A model generated the notes under the pieces. That model did no database searches and was not told the origin of the DNA. It saw only the letters and a program-made list of their open reading frames with translations. A DNA stretch of 63,896 nt, the filler included, from Hausera hauseri (Eukaryota), in NCBI GenBank assembly GCA_046269625.1. It is 11 parts of 11 records of this genome, joined end to end, with 100 filler letters (N's around TTAATTAATTAA, not from the genome) between each part and the next. Parts side by side here need not be neighbours in the genome. Positions count along the whole stretch, not along the records: positions 1 to 9,452 come from JBJURY010375479.1; positions 9,553 to 15,657 come from JBJURY010140205.1; 9 more parts are not named here. One strand, given 5' to 3'. The position numbers were made by a program, and so were the translations under genes. Shown here one piece after another: positions 1 to 13,234 of the stretch (its first letter is position 1; each line of letters begins with the position of its first letter).

Positions 1-3000
1 GTTGAGTCGGATAAAATTATGGAAACAACCAGTTCCGGACACCTGCATATTCGGACTCACCGCAATCAGTTGAGTCGGAAAAAATTTTGTAGACAGCCAT
101 TTCCGAACACCTGCTTATTCGGACTCACCGCAATGAGTTGAGTTGGATAAAATTATGGAAACAACCAGTTCCGGACACCTGCATATTCGGCCTCATTGGA
201 ATGAGTTGAGTCGGATAAAATTATGGAAACACCCAGTTCCGGACACCTGCATATTCGGACTCACCGCAATGAGTTGAGTCGGATAAAATTATGGAAACAA
301 CCAGTTCCGGACACCTGCATATTCGGACTCACCGCAATCAGTTGAGTCGAAAAGAATTTTGGAGATAACCAGTTTCGAACACCTGCATATTCGGACTCAA
401 CGCCATGGATTCCGTCGTATAAAATTATGGAGACAACCAGTTCCCGACACCTGCATATTCGGACTCACCGCAATCATTTGAATCGGAAAGAATTTTGGAG
501 ATAGCCAATTTCGAACACCTGCATATTCGGACTCACCGCAATCATTTGAGTCGGAAAGAATTTTGGAGATAGCCAGTTCCGGACACGTGCATATTCAGGT
601 TCACCGCAATGAGTTGAGTCGGAAAAAATTATGCAGTCGACCAGTTTCGGACTCCTGCATATTCGGACTCACCGCAATCAGTTGGGTGAAAACAAATTTT
701 AGAGAGAGCTATTTTCTAACACCTGCATATTCGGATTCACCGCAATGAGTTTAGTCAGAAAAAATTATGGAGACCCCACTTCCGGACATTTGCGTAGTCG
801 GATTCTCCGCAATGAGTTGAGTCGGAAAAAAGTTCGGCGACAACCAGTTTCGATCAACTGCATATACAGGTTCACCGCAATGTGCTGAGTCGGATAAAAT
901 TATGGACGAAAACAGTTCCGGACACCTGCATATTCGGACTCCCACCAAGAAGTTGAGTAGGAAAAAATTTTGGAGACAGCTAGTTTCGAACACCTGCATA
1001 TTCGGCTTCATTGTAATGAATTAAAACGGAAAAAGGTTTGGACAGAGTGATATTCGATGGCCTGCATATTAGGCCTCAACAAAATGAGTTGTGTCGATAA
1101 AAAATTTTAGAGAGAGCATGATGCGGAGTTGAGTCGGAAAAAATTTTGGAGAGCGTCAGTTTCGAACACCGGCATATTCAGACTCACCGCAATGACTTCA
1201 GTCGAAAAAAATTATGGAGCCAACCACTTCCGGACACCTGTATAATCGGATTCACCGCAATGAGTTGAGTCAGATAAAATTATGGAGCTAGCCTCTTCCG
1301 GACACCTGTATATTCGGATTCACAGCAATGAGTTGGGTCGGAAAAAATTTTGGAGGGAGCCAGTTTCGAACACCTGCATATTCGGACTCACCGCAATAAA
1401 TTGAGTCTGAAAAAATTATGAAGATAACCAGTTACGGACACCTGCATATTCGGATTCACTGCAAGGAGTTGAGTCGGAAAAATTATGGATACAGCCAGTT
1501 TCGTATAACTGCATATTAGGCCTTACCCCAATTAGTTGAGTCAGAAAAAATTTTGGAGACAGACTGTTTCCATCACCTGCATGTCCGAACTCACCGCAAT
1601 GAGTTAAGTCGAAAAAAATTATGGATACAGCCAGTTCCGTATAACCTCACATGAGGCCTCACCCCAATGAGTTGAGTCAAAAAAAATTTTGGAGCGATAT
1701 AATTTCGATCAACTGCATATTCGGCTTCACTGCAATGGTTTCAAACGGAAAAATTTTGGTGAGGGCCAGTATCGAAGGCCTGCTTATTCGGATTCACCGC
1801 TATTAGTTGAGTCGATAAAAATTATGTTGACAACCAGTTCCGGACACCTGTATATTCGGATTCACCCCAAGGAGTTGAGTCGGAAAAAATTTTGGAGACA
1901 GACAGTTTCGAACACCTGCATATCCGAACTCACCGCAATGACTTCAATCGGAAAAAATTATGGAGACAACCAGTTCCGGACTCATGTATAATCGGATTCA
2001 CCGCAATGAGTTGTTTCGGAAAAATTTTGTAGACAGCTATTTTCTAAGACCTGCATATTCGGACTCACCGAAATTAGTTTAGTCGAAAAATATTTGGATA
2101 CAACCAGTTCCGGACATTTGCATATTCGGATTCACCGTAATGAATTGTGTCGGATAAAATCTTGGCGACAGACAGTTTGGAAGGCCTGCATTGAAGGCCT
2201 CACCGCAATGAGTTCAGTCGGATAACATTTTGGCGATAGCCAGTTTCGAACACATGCATATTCGGACTCACCGCAATGACTTCAGTCAAGAAAATTTTGG
2301 AGACATTCAGTTACGGACACCTGCATATCCGGATTCACCGCAATGAGTTGTGTCGGAAAAAATTTTAGAGAGAGCCAATTTCGAACACCTGCATATTCGG
2401 ACTCACCGCAATGACTTCAGTCGAGAAAATTTTGGAGACATCCAGTTCCGGACACCTGTGTATTTGGATTTACCTCAATGAGTTGAGTAGGAAAAATTAT
2501 GGGGACAAGCAGTTCCGGACACCTGTATAATCGGATTCGCCGCAAGGAGATGTGTCAGAAAAAATTTTGTAGGCAGCCATTTTCGAACCCCTGCATATTC
2601 GGACTCACCGCAATGAGTTGACTCGGATAAAATTATGGAGACAAACAGTTCCGGAAATTTGCATATTCGGATTCACGGCAATAATTTGAGTCGGAAAAAA
2701 TTATGGAGACAACCAGTTCCGGACACCTGCATATTCGGACTCACAGCAATGACTTCAGTCGGAAAAAATTATGAAGACAACCAGTTCCGTACACCTGTAT
2801 ATTCGGATTCACCGCAAGGAGTTGAGTCGGAAAAAATATTGCAGACAGCCTGTTGCGGAAATATGCATATTCGGCCTCAAAGCAATGAGTTGACTCGTAT
2901 AAAATTATGGAGACTACCAGTTCCGGACACCTGCACATTCGTATCAACCGAAATGTGTTGAGTCGGAATAAATGTTGCAGACAGTCAGTTTCGAACACCT

Positions 3001-6000
3001 GCATATTCGAACTCACCGCAATGACTTCAGTCGCAACAAACTATGGATACACTTAGTTTCGTATACCTGACATTAGGCCTCACCGCAATTTGTTGAGTCG
3101 GAAAATATTTTGTAGACTGCTATTTTTGAACACCTGCATATTCGGACTCACCGCAATTAGTTTAGTCGAAAAAAATTATGGAATCTACCATTTCCGGACA
3201 TTTGCATATTCAGATTCACTGCAATAATTTGAGTCGGAAAAAATTATGGTGACAACCAGTTCCGGACACCTGCATATTCGGACTCACAGCAATGATTTCA
3301 GTCGGAAAAAATTATGTAGACAACCAGTTCCGGACACCTGTACATTCGGATTCACAGCAGTGAGTTGTGTAGGAAAAAATTATCGAGAGAGCAAGTTTCG
3401 AACACCTGTATATTCGGACTCACCGCAATGTATTCAGTCGGAAAAAATTATAGAGTCAACTAGTTCCGTACACCTGTATAATCGGATTGACACCAAGAAG
3501 TTGAGGCGGAAAAAATTTTGTAGAGTGCTAGTTTCGAATACCTGCATATTCGGCTTCATTGCAATGGGTTGAAACTGAAAAAGTTTTGGAGAGAGCCAGA
3601 TTCGATGGCCTGCATATTACGCCATTAAAAATGAGTTTTGCCGATAAAAAATTTGGCGACAGCATGATGCGGACACCTGCATATTCGAACTCACCGCAAT
3701 GACTTCAGTCGAAAAAAAACTATGGATACACTCTGTTTCGTATACCTGCACAATGAGTTGAGTCGAAAAAACTTTTGTAGACATACATTTTGGAGCACCT
3801 GGATATTTGGACTCACCGCAATTAGTTGAGTCGAAAAGAATTATGGAGTCTACCATTTACGGACCTTTGCATATTCGGATTCACGGCAATAAGTTGAGTC
3901 GGAAAAAATTATGGAGACAACCAGTTCCGGACACCTGTACATTCGGATTTACAGCATTGAGTTGTGTCGGAAGAAATTATCGAGAAAGCCAGTTTCGAAC
4001 ACGTGTATATTCGGACTCACCGCAATGTATTCAGTCGGAAAAAATTATAGAGTCAACTAGTTCCGGACACCTGTATATTCGGACTCACCGCAATCAGTTG
4101 GGTCGAAGAAAATTTTATAGAGTGCTAATTTCGAATACCTGCATATTCGGCTTCATTGCAATGGGTTGAAACTGAAAAATTTTTGAGAGAGCCAGATTCG
4201 ATGGCCTGCATATTACGCCATTAAAAATGAGTTTTGCCTATAAAAAATTTGGCGACAGCATGATGCGGACACCTGCATATTCGAACTCACCGCAATGACT
4301 TCAGTCGAAAAAAAAACTATGGATACACTCTGTTTTGTATACCTGCACAATGAGTTGAGTCGGAAAAAGTTTTGTAGACACATTTTGGAGCACCTGCATA
4401 TTTGGACTCACCGCAATTAGTTGAGTCGAAAAAAATGATGGAGTCTACCATTTACGGACCTTTGCATATTCGGATTCATCGCAAGTAGCTGAGTCGGAAA
4501 AATGTTTTGCGACAGCCAGTTTCGAACAACTGCATATTCAGATTCACAGCAATGAGTTGAGTCGGAATAAATTATCGAGCAAGCCAGTTTCGAACACCGG
4601 CATATTCGGACTTACCGCAATCAGTTGAGTCGAAAAAAATTTTAGAGAAAGCTAGTTTTGAACACCTGTATATTCGGACTCACCGCAATCTTTTCAGTCG
4701 GAAAAAATTATAGAGTCAACTAGTTCCGGACATCTGTACATTCGGATTCACCGCAATGAGTTCAGTCGGAAATAATTTTGAAGAGAGCCAGTTTCGAACA
4801 TCTGCATATTCGGACTCACCGCAATCAGTTGAGTCGAAAAAAATTTGAGAGAGTGATAGTTTCGAACACATGCATATTCGGCTTTATTGCAATGGGTTGA
4901 AACGGAAAAAGTTTTGGAGAGATCCAGATTTGATGGCCTGCATATTTGGCCTCACCGCAATGAGTTGAGTCGGATAAAATTATGGAGACAACCAGTTCCG
5001 GACACCTGTATATTCGGATTTACAACAATGAGTTGTGTCGGAAAAAATTATCGAGAGAGCCAGTTTCGAACACCGGCATATTCGGATTCACCGCAATGAG
5101 ATGAGTTGGAAAAAATTTTGTAGAGAACCAATTTTGAACACTTGCATATTCGGACTCACCGCAATCATTTGGGTCGAAGACAATTTTATAGGGTGCTAGT
5201 TTCGAATACATGCATATTCGGCTTCATTGCAATGCGTTGAAACGGAAAAAGTTTTGGAGAGAGCCATATTCGATGGCCTGCATATTAGGCCATTAAAAAT
5301 GAGTTTTGTCGATAAAACATTTGGCGACAGCATGATGCAGACACCTGCATATTCGGCCTCAGCGCAATCAGTTCAATAGGAAAAAATCTTGGCGACAGAC
5401 AGTTTCGAAGGCCGACATATTCAGCCGCACCGCAATGAGTTGAGTCAAATGAAATTATGGCGACTACCAGTTCCGGACACCTGCATATTCGGATTCACCG
5501 CAATGAGTTGAATCGGAAAAAATTATCGAGACAACCAGTTCCGGACACCTGTTTATTCGGATTCACCGTAATATGTTGAGTCGGAAAAAATTTCGGAGAT
5601 AGCCTGTTTTGAACACGTGCATATTCGGACTTACCGCAATCAGTTGAGTCGAAGAAAATTTTATATATATCTAGTTTAGAACACATGCATATTCGGCTCC
5701 ATTGCAATGGGTTGAAACGGGAAAAGTTTTGGAGAGGGCCAGTTTCTAAGGCCTGCATATTCGGCCTCACCGCAATGAGTTGTGTCGGATAAAATTATGG
5801 AGACAACCAATTCCGGACACCTGCATATTCGGACTCACCGCAATCAGTTGAGTCGAAGAAAATTTTATATAGATCTAGTTTAGAACACCTGCATATTCGG
5901 CTTCATTGCAATGGTTTGAAGCGGGAAAAGTTTTGGAGAGGACCAGTTTCGAAGGCCTGCATATTTGGCCTCACCGCAATGAGTTGAGTCGGAAAAAATT

Positions 6001-9000
6001 TTGTAGACAATAGTTTCAAACTCCCGTATATTCAGATTTAGAACAATGAGTTCAGTGGGAAAAAATTTTGGAGAGAGCTAGTTTCGAACACCTGCATATT
6101 CTGAGTCACCGCAATGGGTTGAAACGGAAAAAATTTTGGAGACAGCCAGATTCGAAGGCCTGCATATTCGGATTCACCGCAATGAGTTGAGTGGGAAAAA
6201 AGTTTGGCGACTGCCAGTTTCGAACAACTGCATATTTAGATTCACCACAATAAGTTGAGTCGGAAAAAATTATCGAGACAACCAGTTCCGGACACCTGCA
6301 TATTTGGCCTCACCGCAATGACTTCAGTCGGAAAAAATTATGGAGACAAGCAGTTCGGACACATGTATATTCAGATTCACCGCAATGTGTTGAGTCGGAA
6401 AAAATTTTGGAGAGAGCCAGTTTCGAACAACTGCATATTTGGACTCACCGCAATCAGTTGAGTCGAAGAAAATTTTAGATATAGCTAGTTTCGAGCACAT
6501 GCATATTCGGCTTCGTTGCCATGGGTTGAAATGGAAAAACTTTTGGAGAGAGGCAGATTCGATAGCCTGCATATTAGGCCTTAGCAAAATGAGTTGTTAC
6601 GATAAATAATTTTGGACACAGCATGATGCCGACACCTGCATATTCAGCCTCAGCGGAATGAGTTGATTCGGAAGAAATTTTGGAGAGATACAGTGTCGAA
6701 GGCCTGCATATTCAGCCTCACACCTGCGTATTCCGCTTCACTGCAATGGTTTGAAACGGAAAAGTTTTGGAGAGAACCAGAATCGAGGGCCTGCTTATTA
6801 GGCCTCAGCGCAATGAGTTTAGTCGGAAAAAATTTTGGAGAGACCCAGTGTCGAACGCCTGCATTTTCGGACTCACCGCAATTAGTTGAGTACAAAAAAA
6901 TTATGGAAACAACAAGTTCCGCACATTTGCATATTCGGGTTCACCGCAAGGAGTTGAGTCGGAAAAATTTATGGAGACCACCAGTTCCGGACACCTGTAT
7001 ATTCGGATACACCGCAATGAGTTGTGTCAAAAAAATTTTGTATACAGCCATTTTCGAACACCTGCATAATCGGAGTCACCGCAATGCGTTGAGTCGAAAA
7101 ATATTATGGAGGCACGCAGTTCCGGATATTAGCATATTAGGATTCATCGCAATGAGTTGAGTCGGATAAAATTTTAGAGAGAGATAGTTTCGAACACCTG
7201 CATATTTTGCTTCACTACAATGGGTTGAAACGGAAAAGTTTTGGAGAGACCCAGTTTCGAAGGCCTGCATATTCGGCCTCAGCGCAATTAGTTCAGTCGA
7301 AAAAAATTATGGATATAGCAAGTTTTGTATACCTGCACATTAGGCCTCACCGCAATAAGTTGAGTTGGAAAAAATTTTGGAGACAGATAGTTTCGATCAA
7401 CTGCATGTTAGGCTTTACTGTCATGGTTTGAAACGTAAAAAAATTTGGTAAGGGCGAGTTCGAAGGCCTGCATATTCGGCCTCACCGCAATGAGTTGAGT
7501 CGGATAAAATTTTGGAGACAGCCAGTTTCGAACACCTGCATATTCGGACTCAGAACAATGGCGTCAGTCGAAAAAATTATGGAGACAACCAGTTCCGGAC
7601 ATCTGCATATTCGGATTCATTGCGATGTGTTGAGTCGGATAAAATTATGGAGACTACCAGTTCCGGGCTCCTGCTTATTGGCATTTACCGCAAAGAGTTG
7701 AGTCGGAATAAATTTTTGGAGATAGTCAGTTTCGAACACCTGCATATTCGTACTCACGGCAATGACTTTTGTCGAAAAAATTATGGAGACAACCAGATCA
7801 TGACACCTGCATATTCTGATTTACCGCAATGATATGAGTCGGATAAAATTATGAAGACAGTCAGTTTCGACTACCTGCATATTCGGGCTTACCGCAGTGA
7901 GTTGAGTCGGATAAAATGATGGAGACAACAAGTTCCTGACGCCTGCTTATTGGCATTCACCGCAATGAAATGAGTCGGAAAAAATTTGGAGAGAGCCATT
8001 TTCGAACACCTGCATATTCGGACTCACGGCAATGATTTCTGTCGAGAAAATTATGGAGACAACCAGTTCCGGACACCAGTATATTCTGTTTCACCGTAAT
8101 CATTTGAGTCGGGAAAAATTATGGAGACAGTCAGTTTTGAATACCTGCATATTCGGGCTCGCAGCAATGTGTTGAGTCGGGTAAAATTATGGAGACACCC
8201 ATTTTCTAACACCTGCATATTCGGACTCTCCGCAATGACTTTAGTCGAAAAATTATGGATACGGCCAGTTTCGTATACCTGCACATTAGGTCTCACCGCA
8301 ATAAGATGAGTCTGACAAAAGTTTGGCGACAGCCAGTTTCTAACAGTTGCATTTTCGGATACTCCGCAATGAGTTGAGTCGGAAAAATTTATGGAAAGAG
8401 TCAGTTTCGAACACCGGCATATTCGGACTCAACGCAATCAGTTGAGTCGAAAAGAAATTTAGAGAGAGCTAGTTTCGAACACCTGCATATTCGGCTTCAC
8501 TTCAATGGGTTGAAGCTGAAAAAGTTTTGTAGACAGCCAGATTCGATGGCCTGCATATTCGGCCTCAGCGCAATGAGTTGAGTCGGAAAAAATTATGGAG
8601 ACAACCAGTTCCGGACATCTGCATATTCGGCTTTACCGCAATGGGTTGAAACGGAAATATTTTGGAGAGAGCACGTTTCGAATACCTGCATATTCGGCCT
8701 CCCCGCAATGAGTTGAGTCGGATAAAATTATGGAGACAACCAGTTACGGACACCTGCTTATTTGCATGCACTGCAATGAGTTGATTCCGAAAAAATTTTG
8801 GAGAGAGCCAGTTTCGAACACCTTCATACTCGGACTCAAACCGATGCCTTTAGTCGAAAAAATTACGGAGACAGCCAGTTTCGAACACCTGCATATTCGG
8901 ACTCAGAACAATTGCGTCAGTCGCAAAAATTATGGAGACAGCCAGTTCCGAACATCTGCATATTCGGTTTCACCGCAATGTGTTGAGTCGAAAATAATTT

Positions 9001-9452
9001 TAGAGAGGGCGGGTTTCGAAATCCTGCATATTGGGCTTAACCGCAGTGAGTTGAGTCGGATAAAATTATGGAGACAACCAGTTCCGGATTCCTGCATACT
9101 CGGATTCACCGCAATGTGTTGAGTCGGAAAAAATTTCGTAGAGAGCAAGTTTCGAAGTCCTGCATTTTCGGATTCACCGCAATGAGTTGAGTCGGATAAA
9201 ATTTTGGAGACAGCCAGTTTCGAACACCTGCATATTCGGATTCAAACCAATGGCGTTAGTCGGAAAAATTATGGAGACAGCCAGTTCCGGACTCCTGCTT
9301 ATTCGCATTCACCGCAAAGAGTTGAGTCGGAATAAATTTTTGGAGATAGTCAGTTTCGAACACCTGCATATTCGGACTCACGGCAATGACTTTTGTCGAA
9401 AAAATTATGGAGACAACCAGATCATGACACCTGCATATTCTGATTTACCGCA
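1..9452. repeat. Tandem satellite, 68-bp monomer, roughly 140 diverged copies
   Basis: GTTGAGT(C/T)GG recurs at 1, 69, 137. Consensus ~GTTGAGTCGGAAAAAATTWTGGAGACARCCAGTTYCGRACACCTGCATATTCGGACTCACCGCAATSA. Fills the contig; the short ORFs here are translations of the repeat. Confidence 0.97.
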
Positions 9453-9552
9453 NNNNNNNNNNNNNNNNNNNNNNNNNNNNNNNNNNNNNNNNNNNNTTAA
9501 TTAATTAANNNNNNNNNNNNNNNNNNNNNNNNNNNNNNNNNNNNNNNNNNNN
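9453..9552. other. Artificial contig linker (44N-TTAATTAATTAA-44N)
   Basis: Six-frame-stop spacer flanked by Ns. Identical linkers at 15658-15757, 24042-24141, 28487-28586, 32985-33084, 38845-38944, 43819-43918, 49276-49375, 55658-55757, 59794-59893. Confidence 0.99.
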
Positions 9553-10760
9553 GCTTGTGATTAAGCTTGATCTATTCAATAAAAGCATAGCATATGTAGA
9601 CATGGTGTAAGTCTGTACATTAAATCGAGGATTACTGGGTTTTCCATACATTCCGAAAGATCTGAAAATAAGTAGAATTAATCGAGATTTAATTCAATGG
9701 TATTAAGATCTATACAAATAACAGCGTCTTCAATATAAAAAGAGTTTATCAGATAATTATACAATTGTCTAAGTGGGCTTGTACTAATGGTGATGTATAT
9801 AAAGGAATAATGGTGGTCTGCAATAATTGTTCGCTTTGACGAATTGTGAGTACTGGGTCTGTGAGGAAGTTTGTAGCGATAGCGTGATGGCTAAGGTCGA
9901 ATAAATCATTGGTATGAGTAATAGGTAGTTTTAATGAGCATAGGATTAGATCTAGTTGGATTGTTATAATGAATTTATTCTTCAGTATATCTTGTAAGAG
10001 GGGTAAGAAGTCACTGTTATCAATTTTATTTAGTGTGAGATCGTCTGTTATGCTTCTAAAGGGTGCTCTCCAGTCGATGACTCTATGTCTAGAGTACATT
10101 TATTGTTGGAATAAAATTTCACCATTATAATCTAGCATAGCGATATCCATAATGGTTTGGTTGATAGTTGTCTGATTTGGTTGAGTAGTGACGAAATTAT
10201 AAGACACGAGGGTGAATAGGGATTCTATATCTGATAGGGATAGTCCTTTTGGTGTTAAAATGTATTCATTTATTGATGAGAGTGGTTTGGGTATATGTAT
10301 TGGTTGGTCATTGTTTTCATTTTTGTTGTATATAAATTTTGGTTGGATTACTTCCACCGCATAAATACAGTTGGTTGAGGAGGAAATTGAAAAAGACAAT
10401 AATTCCACAGGGGGAATAAAAATAATTATACTAGGATTGTCGATTAGTTCGTGATTAATATCAAATATAGGATCACTATAGCTGATATTGACAGTTAGTT
10501 TGTCACAGGTGAGATGAATGGCAGTAATATGAAATTTTTGTGGTTGGTCAATAAAAATCAATTGGGATAAAGAACTGCTGATGTCGGTTGATGTTTGTTT
10601 TATACACATATGTCTGGGATAGAGTTGGAGTTTCTCAGACTTTAGGTTATTTAGAATAGCTGTTTTATTAGAGAAAATGTGATACTATTGATTTACAGTC
10701 AAGTAGGACGCCACTGCGTCATAAAAAGATTTGTGAATCAATATGAAATTCCATTTTCAG
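9553..10760 (-). pseudogene. Gypsy accessory ORF remnant: N-terminal domain + DEDDh-fold pseudo-exonuclease + RING remnant
   Basis: ORFs 10100-10609 and 9749-10099 are one frame split by a stop. DIAMLDYNGEILF..RVIDWRAPFRSIT..ILKNKFII resembles the REX4/ISG20 core. VELLSF/AVEVI/PIHIP match VELVSF/YVEVI/PIALP at 61052-61537. ECMENP..PCLHMLCFY* at ~9576-9662 fits the RING C-x-H-x2-C-x2-(C) spacing. Confidence 0.7.
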
Positions 10761-11028
10761 TCTTAATGGAAAACATAACGACAAAAATTTATTTACACTA
10801 ATCGAATATAAATAACAAAATACATTAACATGCTATACTATATTAAGCATGAATTATGCACAAAGGTCATAAGATAAAGGACGTTAATAGTTATTTTAAG
10901 ATAGGAAACGTCAATAATGAGATAACAATAAAATACAGAGTTAAATAGTAATGTCTGAATATATACACGCGGATAGAGAGTCAACAAAATGTCACAATAA
11001 ATAACCGATCCTAACAATAATAAAAAAG

Positions 11029-11866
11029 TTGCCCCATTTTTTTCGTGTTCTAACGCTTTGCTATCAGAGATCACCATTATTTCGACTCAATCTTTGTCAC
11101 AAATGTGATACTGTTAACTGGTGTTACCGTCATGTTTTGCTTCATAAACAATATTATGAGTCGGTTATTAACGATATGGTAACTTTAACCCAAGCCATTT
11201 TGGAACCAGTTATGCCATCACAAATTCCAGGAAAAGAAGAAACAATTATATCGCATAGTAAATTTAGACGAAGATTCCTTAGGAGATATAACAACAGAGC
11301 TTCGATCGAAATTACTGTTAAAGTTATGTTCCATATTGATACAAGACAATGAAGATCGGCTTACTTTGGCAATACACGACGGATTTATTGTTCTATGCAT
11401 AACCGCCTTTGAACTGGTAAATAAATATTTACCAAATGGTCATCCGGAATTGGCGAAACCAGTTGTTGACATTCTGTCCATTATGAGTCAGGTAATTCGA
11501 TATTGCTTGATGATTATAGAACAAAACAACGGTACGTCTCTTCAGCGTGACATATTTTATCAAACACAATCCCGTTTCAAATAACAAATGTTGGAAATGG
11601 CAACGACGCTTCTTCATTTAATCTGTTCCGATTGGACACGAAATTTACGTCTTTCGTAAATTGACTGTGTTCGACAGATTTTAGATGTTTATCAGAAAGA
11701 TTTTCTCACTATAATCACCAAATAATTACTTTCATATCAGTCGAAAATTAATGTTGAAGGCATTGTTAATCGTATGATATCGCTCGTTTCCAAAATCAAT
11801 AATAAATGGTGTCAGAGAATCTATCTACTTATTTTGTCGCAATCGGATATGAAACTTTCCAATAAG
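11029..11866 (+). pseudogene. Interrupted coding-like region, product unknown
   Basis: Overlapping ORFs 11029-11352 and 11336-11584, followed by a plausible GT..AG intron at 11867-11946 (gtaatg...ccgtttcag). No family recognised. Confidence 0.3.
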
Positions 11867-11948
11867 GTAATGTTGGTATTTTTATCAATTTCAATTTGTA
11901 AAAATTCTCAATAATAATAATGGATATACGTTCCCTTCCGTTTCAGAA

Positions 11949-12960
11949 ATGGGTGCTATTGGTCTGTACGTTGATACCAACTACCCTTTCAATATAACTT
12001 GCAACGACCCTCCCCTGACTCTAACCGGATGGGAATCTGTTCCCCCTCAACCAGGTTTAACGACGGCCGTTTGCGCACACCACAACACACTATTCTACTT
12101 AGCTGTTGAACAAAACAGATTTGCTTTTCAGATAATGGAGAAACACAATGGTACCGAACCAGTATTACTCGACATGCCTGACATATCGGTATCCAGTCTT
12201 ACCAACGTTACGGATACCATTACTTTTCTATGGCGCACAATCAATAATAGAGGTAGTCACACTGCTACAGTACCTATATCGCCTTTCTACAATAGACGCA
12301 CCCGGTTTCTCACTTCTTGACCCACCGCTACTCATGATGGACTGCACTGGCTGCGCGACCCATTTAGAGATTCATATTTATATCATTATTTGGGTTGCGC
12401 ACCTGTGTCTAATCAAATTACATATGGTCCAACGACAAGCATTGAGGGTCAACAAAAGCAGCGCAAGACTCAGCATAGCGTTTTTTTATGATCCATTATG
12501 TGGTCATATTCCTGTCGATTTTTTCGAGCACTGTGAACAGACGAACAACGTTTCGTTCAGTGGAAATTGGCTGTTGGAATTGTACTCACGTGATATACTT
12601 AATAGTCGCACAGCCAATCAGGAACAGAGTATCACAGTTGTTTGCAAAAACCAAGTAGTTATGGTCATTAACAACCAGTGGCCGGACTCAGTAATTGCTA
12701 GTATACGCATCGGTATCAATTCTACTGATTACAGTAAAGTGCCGCGATATGTTGAAGTATACGGCAGAAAGGCATACATGCCCGACGCATTAACAAGGAG
12801 TAGCATTGTTGACATCGGTTTATACACATTAGAAATAACCCATAACAAAACGTCGCTCACAATCCATTTGGCCCCCAATAGGAATGCTAACGATATGATC
12901 GTTATTGCTCTCATCAAAGTATTTACCCTACTGAAGGCATCATTACCTTGGCTGGCTGAC
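11949..12960 (+). pseudogene. UBR4: Divergent fragment of E3 ubiquitin ligase UBR4/p600 (central region)
   Basis: IPVDFFEHCEQTNNVSFSGNWLLELY..IRIGI..PRYVEVYGR..IKVF and WESVPPQPGL..LAVEQNRFAFQ align by eye with recalled metazoan UBR4 segments (FPIDFFEH..VEFGGNDLLQVY..PSYIEIFGR; WSEVMNHPGL..VKPDTFLIQ). Frameshifted and truncated at about 12960. Confidence 0.75.
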
Positions 12961-13234
12961 AAACAAATGCTACCCAGAGGCATGGAGTTATTCGCCCCGC
13001 ACAAACAAGAACCAAGGAAGTCTCCGCCCAATCTGAAAAACGGTTTTAAAATGGGCAATATGGCAAAATACGCACAAAGTAAAAAGACTGATAAAGTAAC
13101 ATTGCATGAGGGGAATTCGGTCACCCCGAAGTTTAGGATTCGTCGCGGCGAGGCAGAAACCCCGGCCGCCCACCCTATGCCATTGGGTCAGACGGCACCG
13201 TTGGCTGACGCCCAGCGACACGCCCCCGGCTACA

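Noticed and set aside
1-9452. CRISPR array, or zinc-finger gene suggested by HLHIRIH peptides
   Set aside because: No unique spacers; the 68-bp period is not a multiple of 3 and the frames are full of stops; no C-x2-C pairing.
1-9452. Hammerhead-ribozyme satellite (retrozyme)
   Set aside because: No CTGANGA...GAAA core in the consensus on either strand.
9497-9508. TTAATTAATTAA as a biological motif, and adjacency of features across N blocks
   Set aside because: Synthetic linker repeated identically ten times; neighbouring contigs are not evidence of linkage.
13116-13130. tRNA-Trp primer-binding site (CGGTCACCCCGA)
   Set aside because: Mismatched, lacks TGG and has no adjacent LTR end.
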